NCBI GenBank assembly: GCA_043803405.1
Contig: JAZDKB010000053.1
Span: forward strand, 1 to 64,000
Direction: 5' to 3'
DNA: 64,000 nt
Origin: Spirochaetota bacterium
GTDB taxonomy: Bacteria > Spirochaetota > UBA4802 > JAFGDQ01
The notes under the pieces were generated by a model, which was given only the letters and a program-made list of their open reading frames with translations, was not told the DNA's origin and ran no database searches. How positions within the stretch are numbered: the first letter of the stretch is position 1; the number at the start of each line of letters is the position of its first letter. Shown here in pieces: positions 28,888 to 37,952 of the stretch. Made by a program: the position numbers and the translations under genes.

Positions 28888-29226
28888 TTGCAGGAAATTA
28901 TTAGTTTGTTTTAGCAGCGCGGACATTGTCAACTAATTTTTTTAGGGAAAGTTGACATCAGGCTTATTCTTGATTTGTATTTGACAGTTATAAAAAACTT
29001 TTTTGTATAATAATTTATTAAAAGACATCCTAAAATCTATATTATAATGTGGCAATTATCCTAAATTATTGTTTTCTCTGCAGATATATAAAAAAATCAA
29101 TAAATTCGAGTTTTATTTAAAATGTTGGATTTTGCCTTGACAAAATAGCTAACTATATTACTATATAAGTATATAATTATATAGTAATATGATATTAAAA
29201 CAAATAATTCATAAAGGAATAACCTG

Positions 29227-29979
29227 ATGGGTTATGTAATAGCTCTTGCAGGCAAAGGCGGAGTCGGTAAAACAACTATTGCTGCCCTGACTGTCAAATA
29301 TCTGCTCAATAATAACAAAACTCCAATTCTGGCAGTTGACGCTGACCCGAATTCGAATTTTCCGGAATCCATTGGGATAAATGTGAATGATACCATTGGA
29401 AGCGTTCTTGCCGATTTTCTGAAGAATAAATGCGCAGTCCCGCAGGGAATATCGAAGCAGTCATTCCTTGAACTGAGGCTGCATCAGATATTAAAAGAAG
29501 GGAAAGATATCGACATGATGGCAATGGGCACGCCCGACGGCCCTGGCTGTTACTGCGCTGTTAATTCGATCCTTAAGGATTATTTTGACACTTTGGCGAC
29601 TAATTATAAATACATAGTCATTGATAACGAAGCAGGAATGGAACATTTTAGCAGAAAGAATAACAGCATTATCGATCTTCTTATTGTTTGTTCAAATTAT
29701 TCGCGTAAAGGCATAATAACTGCGAAAAGGCTTTCCGATCTGGTTGATTCACTCGGCCTGGATGTTAAAGCAAGGGCTCTAGTTGTAAACCAGGCACCTG
29801 AGCAAATGGATGAAACTATACTTGAAGAAATAAAAAAAACAGGTTTGCCTCTGATGGGCAATATTGTGCCGGATAACCTGATTGAGGAATTTGAACTGAA
29901 CGGTAAAGCATTAACCGGTTTGCCGAATAATTCAAAAGCATATCAAAGAATAGAATTGTATTTGAAAAAATATATATAA
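29227..29979 (+). CDS. cooC: CooC/AcsF-type nickel-insertion ATPase
   Basis: GKGGVGKT, VDADPNSN, GPGCYC, DNEAGMEH. Confidence 0.9.
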   Translation: MGYVIALAGKGGVGKTTIAALTVKYLLNNNKTPILAVDADPNSNFPESIGINVNDTIGSVLADFLKNKCAVPQGISKQSFLELRLHQILKEGKDIDMMAMGTPDGPGCYCAVNSILKDYFDTLATNYKYIVIDNEAGMEHFSRKNNSIIDLLIVCSNYSRKGIITAKRLSDLVDSLGLDVKARALVVNQAPEQMDETILEEIKKTGLPLMGNIVPDNLIEEFELNGKALTGLPNNSKAYQRIELYLKKYI

Positions 29980-30126
29980 GTATTAGATTAAGTTGTTAAA
30001 ATTTTTTATTATTATAAATGCGCGATATCGAGTCAGAAAAGTTATCATTATTTACAAAAGAACTGGCAATATACATGTCCTCTTCGAATTAGAGACTGTA
30101 TGAAAAGTAAGGCTGTAAAGCTCCCG

Positions 30127-30240
30127 GCCCCCTAAATCCCCCTAGAGGGGGACTTAAAAGCGGAAAAAGCACAAGCCTTTCAATTTAAAAAAATCATAAG
30201 TCCTCCTCTAGGGGGATGGCGGCGAAACAGCCTAGGGGGC
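30127..30240. mobile_element. Empty CCCCCTAA(A/C)..CCC..GGGGG-family palindromic element (family A)
   Basis: GCCCCCTAAATCCCCCTAGAGGGGGACTTA (30127-30156) pairs with TAAGTCCTCCTCTAGGGGGAT[GGCGGCGAAACAGCC]TAGGGGGC (30197-30240). Confidence 0.8.
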
Positions 30241-30435
30241 TGCACTAGCAAAGGCATTATCTCTTTGTTTAGCGTGCGATTTTTCCTGCTGGTTGGGCGG
30301 GGTCGAAACCATCGGGAACTACTAATGCAATCATAAACCGCTATAGTAGTAATCCTGATATATATTATCAGTTGCTTATTCATTTTGCAATATACTCTAA
30401 ATTTATTTCTATAAATATAATTACCGGAGGACAGA

Positions 30436-31326
30436 ATGTCCGCAAGAATAATCAGCGGAAAGGATGTTGCTGCTGATATTAGAAAAGAACTTAAAGCTGA
30501 GGTTGAGATGCTTGTCAGCAGGCACAACATACAGCCCGGCCTTGTTACAATACTTGTGGGCGAGGACCCTGCCTCGCAAAGTTATGTTTCGGGAAAACAA
30601 AAGACTGCTAAAGAGCTCGGATTTTATTCTGTTCAGGATACGCAGCCTGCTGAAATATCCGAAGAAAAGCTTTTAAATCTTATTGATAAATATAATAAAG
30701 ATCCTAAGATTCACGGCATTCTAGTCCAGCTTCCTTTGCCGAAGCACATCAACGAAAACAGGGTGCTTTATGCTATAAATCCGGATAAGGACGTGGACGG
30801 ATTCCATCCTGTGAATGTCGGGAAGCTTATGATAGGCGAAGGAAGATATTTCCCTTGCACGCCTTTTGGCATTCAGCAGCTTTTAATCCGGTCGGGTGTA
30901 AAGACCGAGGGTGCTGAGGTTGTGGTGCTTGGGAGGAGCAACCTGGTAGGCAAACCGATTTCCATGATGCTTGTCCAGAAGGCGAACGGTGCAAATGCAA
31001 CAGTGACAATGTGTCATACAAAGACAAGGGATATTAAGTCGCATACTTTAAAAGCAGATATTCTGATCGTTGCTGCCGGAAATCCGAAGGCAGTGACTGC
31101 CGACATGGTTAAAGAAGGCGCGGTTGTAATTGATGTCGGTGTTAACCGCATAGGCATGACATCTGAGGGTAAAGCAAAACTGACAGGCGATGTTGATTTT
31201 GAATCTGTCAAAGAAAAGGCAGGTTTAATTACTCCTGTGCCCGGCGGGGTTGGGCCAATGACGATTACAATGCTGATGTACAATACTGTTAAAGCTGCTA
31301 AATTCGCAGCAGGTCTGGAGAAGTAA
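30436..31326 (+). CDS. folD: Methylene-THF dehydrogenase/cyclohydrolase FolD
   Basis: YVSGK, GILVQLPLP, KDVDGFHP, PCTP, GRSNLVGKP, TPVPGGVGPMT. Confidence 0.97.
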   Translation: MSARIISGKDVAADIRKELKAEVEMLVSRHNIQPGLVTILVGEDPASQSYVSGKQKTAKELGFYSVQDTQPAEISEEKLLNLIDKYNKDPKIHGILVQLPLPKHINENRVLYAINPDKDVDGFHPVNVGKLMIGEGRYFPCTPFGIQQLLIRSGVKTEGAEVVVLGRSNLVGKPISMMLVQKANGANATVTMCHTKTRDIKSHTLKADILIVAAGNPKAVTADMVKEGAVVIDVGVNRIGMTSEGKAKLTGDVDFESVKEKAGLITPVPGGVGPMTITMLMYNTVKAAKFAAGLEK

Positions 31327-31338
31327 AGCATTCATAAT

Positions 31339-31515
31339 GGTGCGTGCTAAAATCTATATTTCGCTATGTTGTTTATCAAGACAATAATAATCAATTTTCT
31401 CGCCGCTAATGCTTACGTCCTGTAAGAAGCGGCGTACGGCAACTTCCTGTTGCCTGAAAATTGATTATTATTGTCTTGTATTACGATATTACAATAGGTT
31501 TTAGGACGCACTCTA
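31339..31515. mobile_element. Nested palindromic MITE-like element (AGAGTGCGTCCTAAAACCTATTG family, longest copy)
   Basis: Outer IR GTGCGTGCTAAAATCTAT/ATAGGTTTTAGGACGCAC; perfect 23-bp inner IR 31377-31399/31456-31478; two central hairpins with TCCT loops. Confidence 0.8.
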
Positions 31516-31554
31516 AAAAAAATAACAAAGATAAAAATAAAATAAGAGGATGCG

Positions 31555-31773
31555 ATGGCAGATAAAGAAATTGAAAAAAAGGATTTCGCAGGCAGGACGA
31601 TTAAGATACTGGGCGAAACTTATGATGCAGGGTCTCCGGAATGTGTAGGCTGCGGAGAAGACCTTGGCTGGAGATCGCATTTTAAAACAAGAGAAGAGAA
31701 ATTGAAATATTTAAAGAGTGCGGAAAGATACTGGTACAGCAGGGACTGGTTCGGCAGCGAGAAGCAAAGATAA
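31555..31773 (+). CDS. Small hypothetical protein with CxxC in the Wood-Ljungdahl cluster
   Basis: 72-aa ORF, AAGAGGA RBS, ECVGCGED, aromatic tail RYWYSRDWFGSE. Confidence 0.65.
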   Translation: MADKEIEKKDFAGRTIKILGETYDAGSPECVGCGEDLGWRSHFKTREEKLKYLKSAERYWYSRDWFGSEKQR

Positions 31774-31812
31774 AATGACTTTAAGGTTTTTGTAGAGTTA
31801 TATTTTTTTTAT

Positions 31813-31919
31813 TAGACTTGTTGCAAATCTAAAGTGTCATTTCGACCGAAGGGAGAAATCTATTAACAAAATGAAAGATTTCTCCCTTCGGTCGAAATGA
31901 CACTTTTACAACAAGACTA
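31813..31919. repeat. TGTCATTTCGACCGAAGGGAGAAATCT-family palindromic element
   Basis: Perfect 31-bp IR 31831-31861/31876-31906 inside an outer TAGACTTGTTG/CAACAAGACTA pair; degenerate copy at 56741-56832. Confidence 0.85.
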
Positions 31920-31928
31920 TTCATTAAG

Positions 31929-31953
31929 CTCTGTGCCTCAGTGTCTCTGTGGC
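31929..31953. repeat. Solo arm of the GCCACAGAG(xCACAGAG)n family
   Basis: CTCTGTGCCTCAGTGTCTCTGTGGC, same as the right arms at 33139 and 40097. Confidence 0.75.
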
Positions 31954-32001
31954 AAATTTTTTTTTAGGAATATTATCATTCAATGATATGGAGGACATGC
32001 A

Positions 32002-32952
32002 ATGGGATTTGACATACCAAAGATAGATTACACAGGAAAAATAAAAGAAATCGTTTTAGGTTCAGGAGATACGGCAGTAACCGTTGGCGGCGACTCATGT
32101 TATCCGTTTTATTTATTTGAAGGAAATATGCCGCATAAACCCAGGATCGCGATGGAAGTTTACGATTCGGAACCGACAGACTGGGCTGAGGCAGCGATAG
32201 AACCATTTAAAGACGTAATCAATAATCCTGCTGCATGGGCAAAGAAGAATGTTGAAACTTACGGAGCAGAACTTATTGCTCTTCAGCTAAGGAGCATTGA
32301 TCCCAACGGTATGAACAGGGCTACGGATGAAGCTGTTAAGGTCGCAAAGAGTGTGATAGATGCAGTTAATGTGCCTGTTATTGTATGGGGAGTATCGAAT
32401 CCCGAGCGGGATACTGAAGTGTTAAAGGCAATTGCGGAACAATGCGCCGGAAAGAATTTGATCATTGGGCCTGTTGAAGAAAAGGACTACAAACAGATTG
32501 GCGCTGCTGGCATGGCTTACAAGCATGTTATAATCGCGACAAGTCCTATTGACGTTAATCTTGCCAAGCAGCTGAGTATTCTGCTTGGCAACCTTGGGGT
32601 TCCTGAGAAGCAGATGATAATTGATCCGACTACGGGCGCTCTGGGCTATGGTCTGGAATATACGTATTCGGTCATGGAGAGAATAAGAATGGCTGCTCTT
32701 ACGCAGGAGGACGACAAACTTCAGTATCCGATCATCTGCAATGTGGGTTACGAGACGTGGAAAACAAAGGAAGCGAAGATGGACGAGTCCGAGGCGCCTT
32801 TGCTGGGAGACGCTAAGAAGCGCGGTGTGCTTATTGAATGCGTGACTGCAATGAGCTTCCTTTTAGCCGGTGCTAATATTGTAATCCTGCGACATCCGGA
32901 TTCCGTTAAGCTGATAAATTCAATGATAGCTAAGATGACTGCCGAGGTTTGA
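32002..32952 (+). CDS. acsD: Corrinoid iron-sulfur protein small subunit
   Basis: SPIDVNLAKQL, IDPTTGALGYGLEYTYSVMERIRMAALTQ, ILRHP. Confidence 0.95.
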   Translation: MGFDIPKIDYTGKIKEIVLGSGDTAVTVGGDSCYPFYLFEGNMPHKPRIAMEVYDSEPTDWAEAAIEPFKDVINNPAAWAKKNVETYGAELIALQLRSIDPNGMNRATDEAVKVAKSVIDAVNVPVIVWGVSNPERDTEVLKAIAEQCAGKNLIIGPVEEKDYKQIGAAGMAYKHVIIATSPIDVNLAKQLSILLGNLGVPEKQMIIDPTTGALGYGLEYTYSVMERIRMAALTQEDDKLQYPIICNVGYETWKTKEAKMDESEAPLLGDAKKRGVLIECVTAMSFLLAGANIVILRHPDSVKLINSMIAKMTAEV

Positions 32953-32960
32953 TATTATTA

Positions 32961-33165
32961 TGCCACAGACTCACAGAGACGCAGAGAAGTAAAATAGGTC
33001 TTATTTTAATTTTAAAATATTTACAAGTCATCTCGAAATTAACTTTAATATTTTTTAAATTGTAATGTATTACAATTTAAAGTCAGCTATTTATGTAAAA
33101 TCATATTTTTGGGACGAGCTTTACTTATGTTTTTTTTATCTCTGTGTCTCCGTGACTCTGTGGCA
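32961..33165. repeat. GCCACAGAG-family inverted-repeat element
   Basis: 27-bp arms 32961-32987 and 33139-33165 (24/27 complementary) built from 8-bp xCACAGAG units; central perfect palindrome 33054-33081. Confidence 0.8.
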
Positions 33166-33262
33166 GATTCAGTAATAGCTTTTTAATAGTATATTCTAAG
33201 TTATTTCACTAAGTTATATAGTTTAAACATGATTTAAATCTGAATAAATTCAGGAAAACAAT

Positions 33263-35224
33263 ATGCCGGAAAACAAACCTATTAGTATAGATAAAGCCTC
33301 CCTTGAACTTTATGAGAAGGCAAAGAAAGACGGTGTCAACACTGTATTTGACAGGGCTGCGGACATGAAGCCGTGCCCGATCGGTGCTGAAGGGAGTTGC
33401 TGCAAAACCTGTTCAATGGGGCCGTGCAGGGTACCGCTTCCGGGAAAAGAAACTCCGGGGATGAAGGAGCAGAAAGTCGGGCTTTGCGGCGCAACTGCTG
33501 CAACTATTGCTGCGAGGAATTTTGTGAGAATGATAGCAGGCGGGTGCGCCGCACACTCGGATCACGGGCGCGGTGTGGCTGAGACATTCCTGCTTGCTGC
33601 GAAAGGCAAAATCCCAAACTACGGCGTAAAAGATGTGCAGAAGCTTTATCAGCTTGCCCTGGATTTCGGGATTAAGATTGAGGGACGGGAAGATAAGGAT
33701 ATAGCTATTGAGCTCGGGGAAAAGGCGGTTGCCGAATTCGGCAGGCAGAGTGGACATTCGGCTCTTATCGAAAGAGCCCCGGAAAAAAGAAAGGAGATAT
33801 GGCTAAAGGAAGGAGTGATGCCGAGAGGCGTTGACAGGGAAATAGTAGAGATAATGCACAGGACTGCAATGGGTGTTGACCAGGATTACAAGTCGCTCTT
33901 TAAGCAGGGAACAAGGGCGGCTCTTGCTGACGGCTGGGGCGGCTCTATGCTGGCAACGGATCTTCAGGATATTTTGTTCGGTGTGCCTGTGCCGGTTATT
34001 AGCGAAGCGAACCTGGGCGTTCTTAAAAAGGACGAGGTTAACATAATTGTTCACGGCCATGAGCCGCTTTTGTCGGAAATGGTTGTGCTTGCTTCGCGCG
34101 ATCCTGAACTGATCGCGCTTGCGAAATCAGAGGGCGCTAACGGGATCAATCTTTCCGGCATGTGCTGCACTGCGAACGAGGTGCTCATGAGGCACGGGAT
34201 TCCTATCTCCGGCAATTTCCTTCAGCAGGAACTCGCTATCGTTACAGGTGCAGTTGAGGCTATGGTTGTTGATGTGCAGTGCATCATGCAGTCGCTTGTG
34301 AGCGTTGCTTCATGTTATCATACAAAAATAATTACAACGAATCCTAAAGCACACATTACGGGCGCAGCAAGGATCGAGTTTGACGAACACGACGCGCTGA
34401 ATTCCGCGAAAAAAATTGTGAGGACTGCGATAGAGAATTTTAAAAACAGGAAAGGCGAGGTTGTAATCCCTGTGCATAAAAGCAAAATGATTGCCGGGTT
34501 CAGCCATGAGACTATCAATTACCTGCTTGGCGGTTCGTTCAGGGCATCGTACAGGCCTTTGAATGACAATATTATTAATGGCAGGATACGCGGGATCGCG
34601 GGCGTTGTGGGCTGCAACAATGCGAGGACTACACACGACAGCCACCATCTTATCCTGATAAAAGAGCTTATTAAAAACGATGTTATTGTTCTTTCAACAG
34701 GATGCAGCGCGATTGCTGCTGCTACTGCGGGGCTGCTGACGCCCGAGGCTGCTTATGAATTTGCGGGCCCCGGCCTGCGGGAGGTTTGCGAGACCGTGGG
34801 CATTCCTCCGGTCCTTCACATGGGCTCGTGCGTGGACAACAGCAGGATACTCATGGCTGCAACAGCTGTCGTAAAGGACGGCGGCCTTGGGCAGGATATA
34901 AGCGATCTGCCTGCTGCGGGCGCTGCGCCTGAATGGATGAGCGAAAAGGCGATCGCGATAGGCCAGTATTTTGTCGCGTCCGGTGTTTACACTTTGTTCA
35001 GCGGATCGGACTCGTTTCCTGTGCTGGGGAGCAGGGAAGTGACGAAGCATCTCTTTGAGGAGATGGAACAGATATACGGCGGGAAATGGGATTTCGTTAA
35101 TGACCCGATGGAGATGGCAAAGAAGATGATTGCTCATATAGATAAGAAACGCAAAGCGCTCGGTATAGACAAGGCAAGAGAAAGAGTACTTTTTGATATG
35201 GAAGCAAGAAGGGAGCTGGTGTGA
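33263..35224 (+). CDS. cooS: Anaerobic Ni-CO dehydrogenase catalytic subunit (CooS/AcsA)
   Basis: CPIG..GSCCKTCSMGPC, AAHSDHGR, HGHEP, CCTANE, DVQC, GCNN, TGCSA, GSCVDN, EWMSEKA. Confidence 0.97.
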   Translation: MPENKPISIDKASLELYEKAKKDGVNTVFDRAADMKPCPIGAEGSCCKTCSMGPCRVPLPGKETPGMKEQKVGLCGATAATIAARNFVRMIAGGCAAHSDHGRGVAETFLLAAKGKIPNYGVKDVQKLYQLALDFGIKIEGREDKDIAIELGEKAVAEFGRQSGHSALIERAPEKRKEIWLKEGVMPRGVDREIVEIMHRTAMGVDQDYKSLFKQGTRAALADGWGGSMLATDLQDILFGVPVPVISEANLGVLKKDEVNIIVHGHEPLLSEMVVLASRDPELIALAKSEGANGINLSGMCCTANEVLMRHGIPISGNFLQQELAIVTGAVEAMVVDVQCIMQSLVSVASCYHTKIITTNPKAHITGAARIEFDEHDALNSAKKIVRTAIENFKNRKGEVVIPVHKSKMIAGFSHETINYLLGGSFRASYRPLNDNIINGRIRGIAGVVGCNNARTTHDSHHLILIKELIKNDVIVLSTGCSAIAAATAGLLTPEAAYEFAGPGLREVCETVGIPPVLHMGSCVDNSRILMAATAVVKDGGLGQDISDLPAAGAAPEWMSEKAIAIGQYFVASGVYTLFSGSDSFPVLGSREVTKHLFEEMEQIYGGKWDFVNDPMEMAKKMIAHIDKKRKALGIDKARERVLFDMEARRELV

Positions 35225-35301
35225 GAGATAAGCTCTCTAACCCTAAAGGGGCATGGCTGTCTAATGCTGATTATTTTTGTTGTAAATCGGATATGCTCCC
35301 A

Positions 35302-35399
35302 GCCCCCTAACCCCCTAAAGGGGGCAACGGCTTGGAAATTATTTCGGCGAATGTTACGTTTTTTTACAAGAATATGCCCCCTTTAGGGGGTTAGGGGGC
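35302..35399. mobile_element. Empty family-A palindromic element
   Basis: Perfect 25-bp IR GCCCCCTAACCCCCTAAAGGGGGCA (35302-35326)/(35375-35399) around a 48-bp spacer; extra degenerate arm at 35232-35253. Confidence 0.88.
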
Positions 35400-35440
35400 C
35401 GAAGAAGCAAAGGCAATCATATAGTAAAATATTTCTAAAC

Positions 35441-35627
35441 TAGGGGAAGCAATCCCCCAGTTAGGGGAAACAATCCCCCTGATGGGGAAAAGAACTTCCC
35501 TCCAGGGAAATTAAATATCCCAACTGGGGAATGGAATCTCCCTCGAGGGAAATAGAATTTCCCAGATGGGAAAGAAGATATCCCTTGTGGGAGGAATAAT
35601 ATCCCTGATGGGGGAAATAGTTTCCCT
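35441..35627. repeat. Degenerate 21-bp tandem repeat array (about 9 units)
   Basis: GGG runs at 35443, 35464, 35484, 35505, 35526, 35547, 35568, 35589 and 35610, each followed by ...TCCC/CCCC. Confidence 0.85.
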
Positions 35628-35678
35628 TTAGTACATTTAAGTATAACGATTATGTAATAATTTTCAGGAGGCAACGAG

Positions 35679-37883
35679 GTGTCCAAGATTATAGCTTCTG
35701 CGGGCATTAGAGGCGCTTACAGGATTGTCGAAAGGGCAGAAACAAAACTGAAAGAGTCGATCGATAAATGGGGTCCGAACAGGGAAGTCGCGTTCCCCAA
35801 TACCGGATATTATCTTCCCATTATTTACGGAATACTCGGACATAGAGTAGAAAAACTGAAAGATATGGAATATGTTATTTCCGTGTGCCGGAATCTGCTG
35901 CCTCCGCCCGTAAGGGAGAAGCATCATCTTCCATACCTTGGCCCTGCTCTTGATGCCGGCATGGCTACTTTTTTTGCAGAAGAAATAATTGAAGCAATAA
36001 AATATATTGAGAACCCGAACGTGTATGTAAAGGGCGAGGATATCACTGACAGCAACATCTGGCTGGGAGCCGCGGACGATGTTATTTTAAGAAAGCGCGG
36101 TGTGGAATTCGTTGACGGCACAGCTCCCGGGTTCGCCGCGATCCTGGGCGCGCCCGAGGACCCGAAGGTCGCTGCAAAGATCGCGCTCGAGCTTCAGGAG
36201 AAGAATCTGTACGTGTTCATGTGCGCTCATACCGACGGGCGCAGCATGCCGGAGCAGCTTATAAGCGAAGGGGTGCAGGTAGGGTGGGGCACAAGACTTG
36301 TGCCCTTTGGCCCGGAGTCGTCCGCAGCAGTATTCGCGATCGGGTTCGCGACCAGGGCTGCAATGTCGTTCGGGGGCATTGAGCCCGGCGATTACCGCAA
36401 AATTCTCATCTATAACAAAGACCGCATCTTCGCGTTCGCAATGACCCTCGGTTACGTAAGCGACGACTGGTACGCGAACGGGCTGGGGTGCGTGAACTAC
36501 GGCTTCCCGATCATAGCAGATACCCCGATTCCGGAAATTCTGCCTACCGGGATCTGCACCTACGAGCATGTGGTATCGAACATTCCGCACGGGAATATTG
36601 TTGCAAAGGCGATCGAGGTAAGGGGGCTCAAGGTAAATGTCACAAAGGTGCCTGTTCCTGTCGCGTACGGGCCTGCGTTCGAAGGGGAAAGGGTAAGGGG
36701 GGATGATATTTTTCTGGAAGCCGGCGGCGGCCGCACACATGCAGTTGAGCTTGTGGTATCCGCAGACATGAATGCAATTACGGACGGAAAAATAGAAGTA
36801 GTAGGGCCGGATGTGAAAGATGTTGCTCCGGGAGCGACTCTCCCGCTCGCTGTATACATCCAGGTTGCAGGCAGGGAGATGCAGGAGGATTTTGAGCCTA
36901 TACTCGAAAGGCAGATCCATCATCTTATTAATTACGCGCAGGGTATAATGCATATCGGCCAGAGGGACATTGCGTGGCTAAGGGTGTCCAGGCAGGCTGT
37001 AGACAAAGGATTTAAGCTCTCCAATATAGGCGATATCATGCATGCCAAATTCCACCAGGAATTCGGCAGCATACTGGATAAGGTACAGGTAACCATATAT
37101 ACCGAAGAAAAAAAAGTAAGCGAGATACTTGAGCAGGCGAGGGCTGTGTACAAACAGCGCGATGACAGGATAGCCGGCATGACAGACGAGGACACGAATC
37201 CGTTTTATTCATGCACTCTTTGCCAGTCGTTCGCTCCGAATCATGTGTGCATCGTAACACCTGAGAGGACCGGCCTTTGCGGTGCTTATAACTGGCTGGA
37301 CTGCAAGGCATCGAATGAGATGAACCCGACAGGCCCGAATCAGCCTGTGCCCAAAGACAAAGTGATTGACGCAAAATACGGGCAGTGGAAAGGCGTGGAT
37401 GATTTTGTTGCAAAGGCATCAAGGGGAAATGTGCTGACAGTGGACGCGTACAGTATAATGAGGAACCCCATGACATCATGCGGGTGCTTTGAATGCATTG
37501 CGGCAATTCTTCCGCTGTGCAACGGCATAATGATAGTTGACAGGGATACATCCGTGATGACGCCCAGCGGAATGAAATTTACAACGCTTGCAGGCATGGT
37601 GGGCGGCGGCAATGTGACCCCGGGATTCCTGGGACACAGCAAGTATTACATTACCAGCAAAAAATTTATTCTGGCAGAAGGCGGTATTAAAAGGATTGTG
37701 TGGATGCCGAAGTCGCTTAAGGAAGAGATAAAGGAACGCTTTAATGAAATGGCTTCCAGAACCGGATGCCCCGATCTTCTGGACAGGATCGCAGATGAGA
37801 CTGTCGGCGTTGCTGAAGAAGAAGTACTGACTTATCTTACAGAGAAACAGCATCCGGCGCTTACAATGGATCCGATGTTTTAA
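35679..37883 (+). CDS. acsB: Acetyl-CoA synthase catalytic subunit (bacterial-type, with N-terminal domain)
   Basis: FPNTGYYLP, A-cluster ligands CTLCQSFAPNHVC, GLCGAYNWLDC and TSCGCFEC; AGGAGG plus GTG start. Confidence 0.97.
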   Translation: MSKIIASAGIRGAYRIVERAETKLKESIDKWGPNREVAFPNTGYYLPIIYGILGHRVEKLKDMEYVISVCRNLLPPPVREKHHLPYLGPALDAGMATFFAEEIIEAIKYIENPNVYVKGEDITDSNIWLGAADDVILRKRGVEFVDGTAPGFAAILGAPEDPKVAAKIALELQEKNLYVFMCAHTDGRSMPEQLISEGVQVGWGTRLVPFGPESSAAVFAIGFATRAAMSFGGIEPGDYRKILIYNKDRIFAFAMTLGYVSDDWYANGLGCVNYGFPIIADTPIPEILPTGICTYEHVVSNIPHGNIVAKAIEVRGLKVNVTKVPVPVAYGPAFEGERVRGDDIFLEAGGGRTHAVELVVSADMNAITDGKIEVVGPDVKDVAPGATLPLAVYIQVAGREMQEDFEPILERQIHHLINYAQGIMHIGQRDIAWLRVSRQAVDKGFKLSNIGDIMHAKFHQEFGSILDKVQVTIYTEEKKVSEILEQARAVYKQRDDRIAGMTDEDTNPFYSCTLCQSFAPNHVCIVTPERTGLCGAYNWLDCKASNEMNPTGPNQPVPKDKVIDAKYGQWKGVDDFVAKASRGNVLTVDAYSIMRNPMTSCGCFECIAAILPLCNGIMIVDRDTSVMTPSGMKFTTLAGMVGGGNVTPGFLGHSKYYITSKKFILAEGGIKRIVWMPKSLKEEIKERFNEMASRTGCPDLLDRIADETVGVAEEEVLTYLTEKQHPALTMDPMF

Positions 37884-37952
37884 GGTGTGAAATTATAGTT
37901 TCTAGCTGGGTATTTAAGCAGCCGATTTTTTAAGAATGATTATTTTTACTTC

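Noticed and set aside
28771..28932. 54-codon N-terminal extension of thrS in the ORF track
   Set aside because: It runs through tRNA-Val; the TTG at 28770 has an RBS and begins the TGS domain.
30268..30345. Possible THF/ZTP riboswitch or attC site upstream of folD
   Set aside because: I could not match the conserved cores of either riboswitch, and GTTGGGC has no complementary RYYYAAC partner; an Rfam search would settle it.
32950..35224. Selenocysteine read-through at the TGA stops of acsD and cooS (prompted by mnmH/selU)
   Set aside because: Both TGAs fall at the expected C-termini, not at Cys-equivalent positions.
35441..35627. Possible CRISPR array
   Set aside because: The period is only 21 bp, there are no identical repeats with unique 30-40 bp spacers, and no cas genes are in the window.
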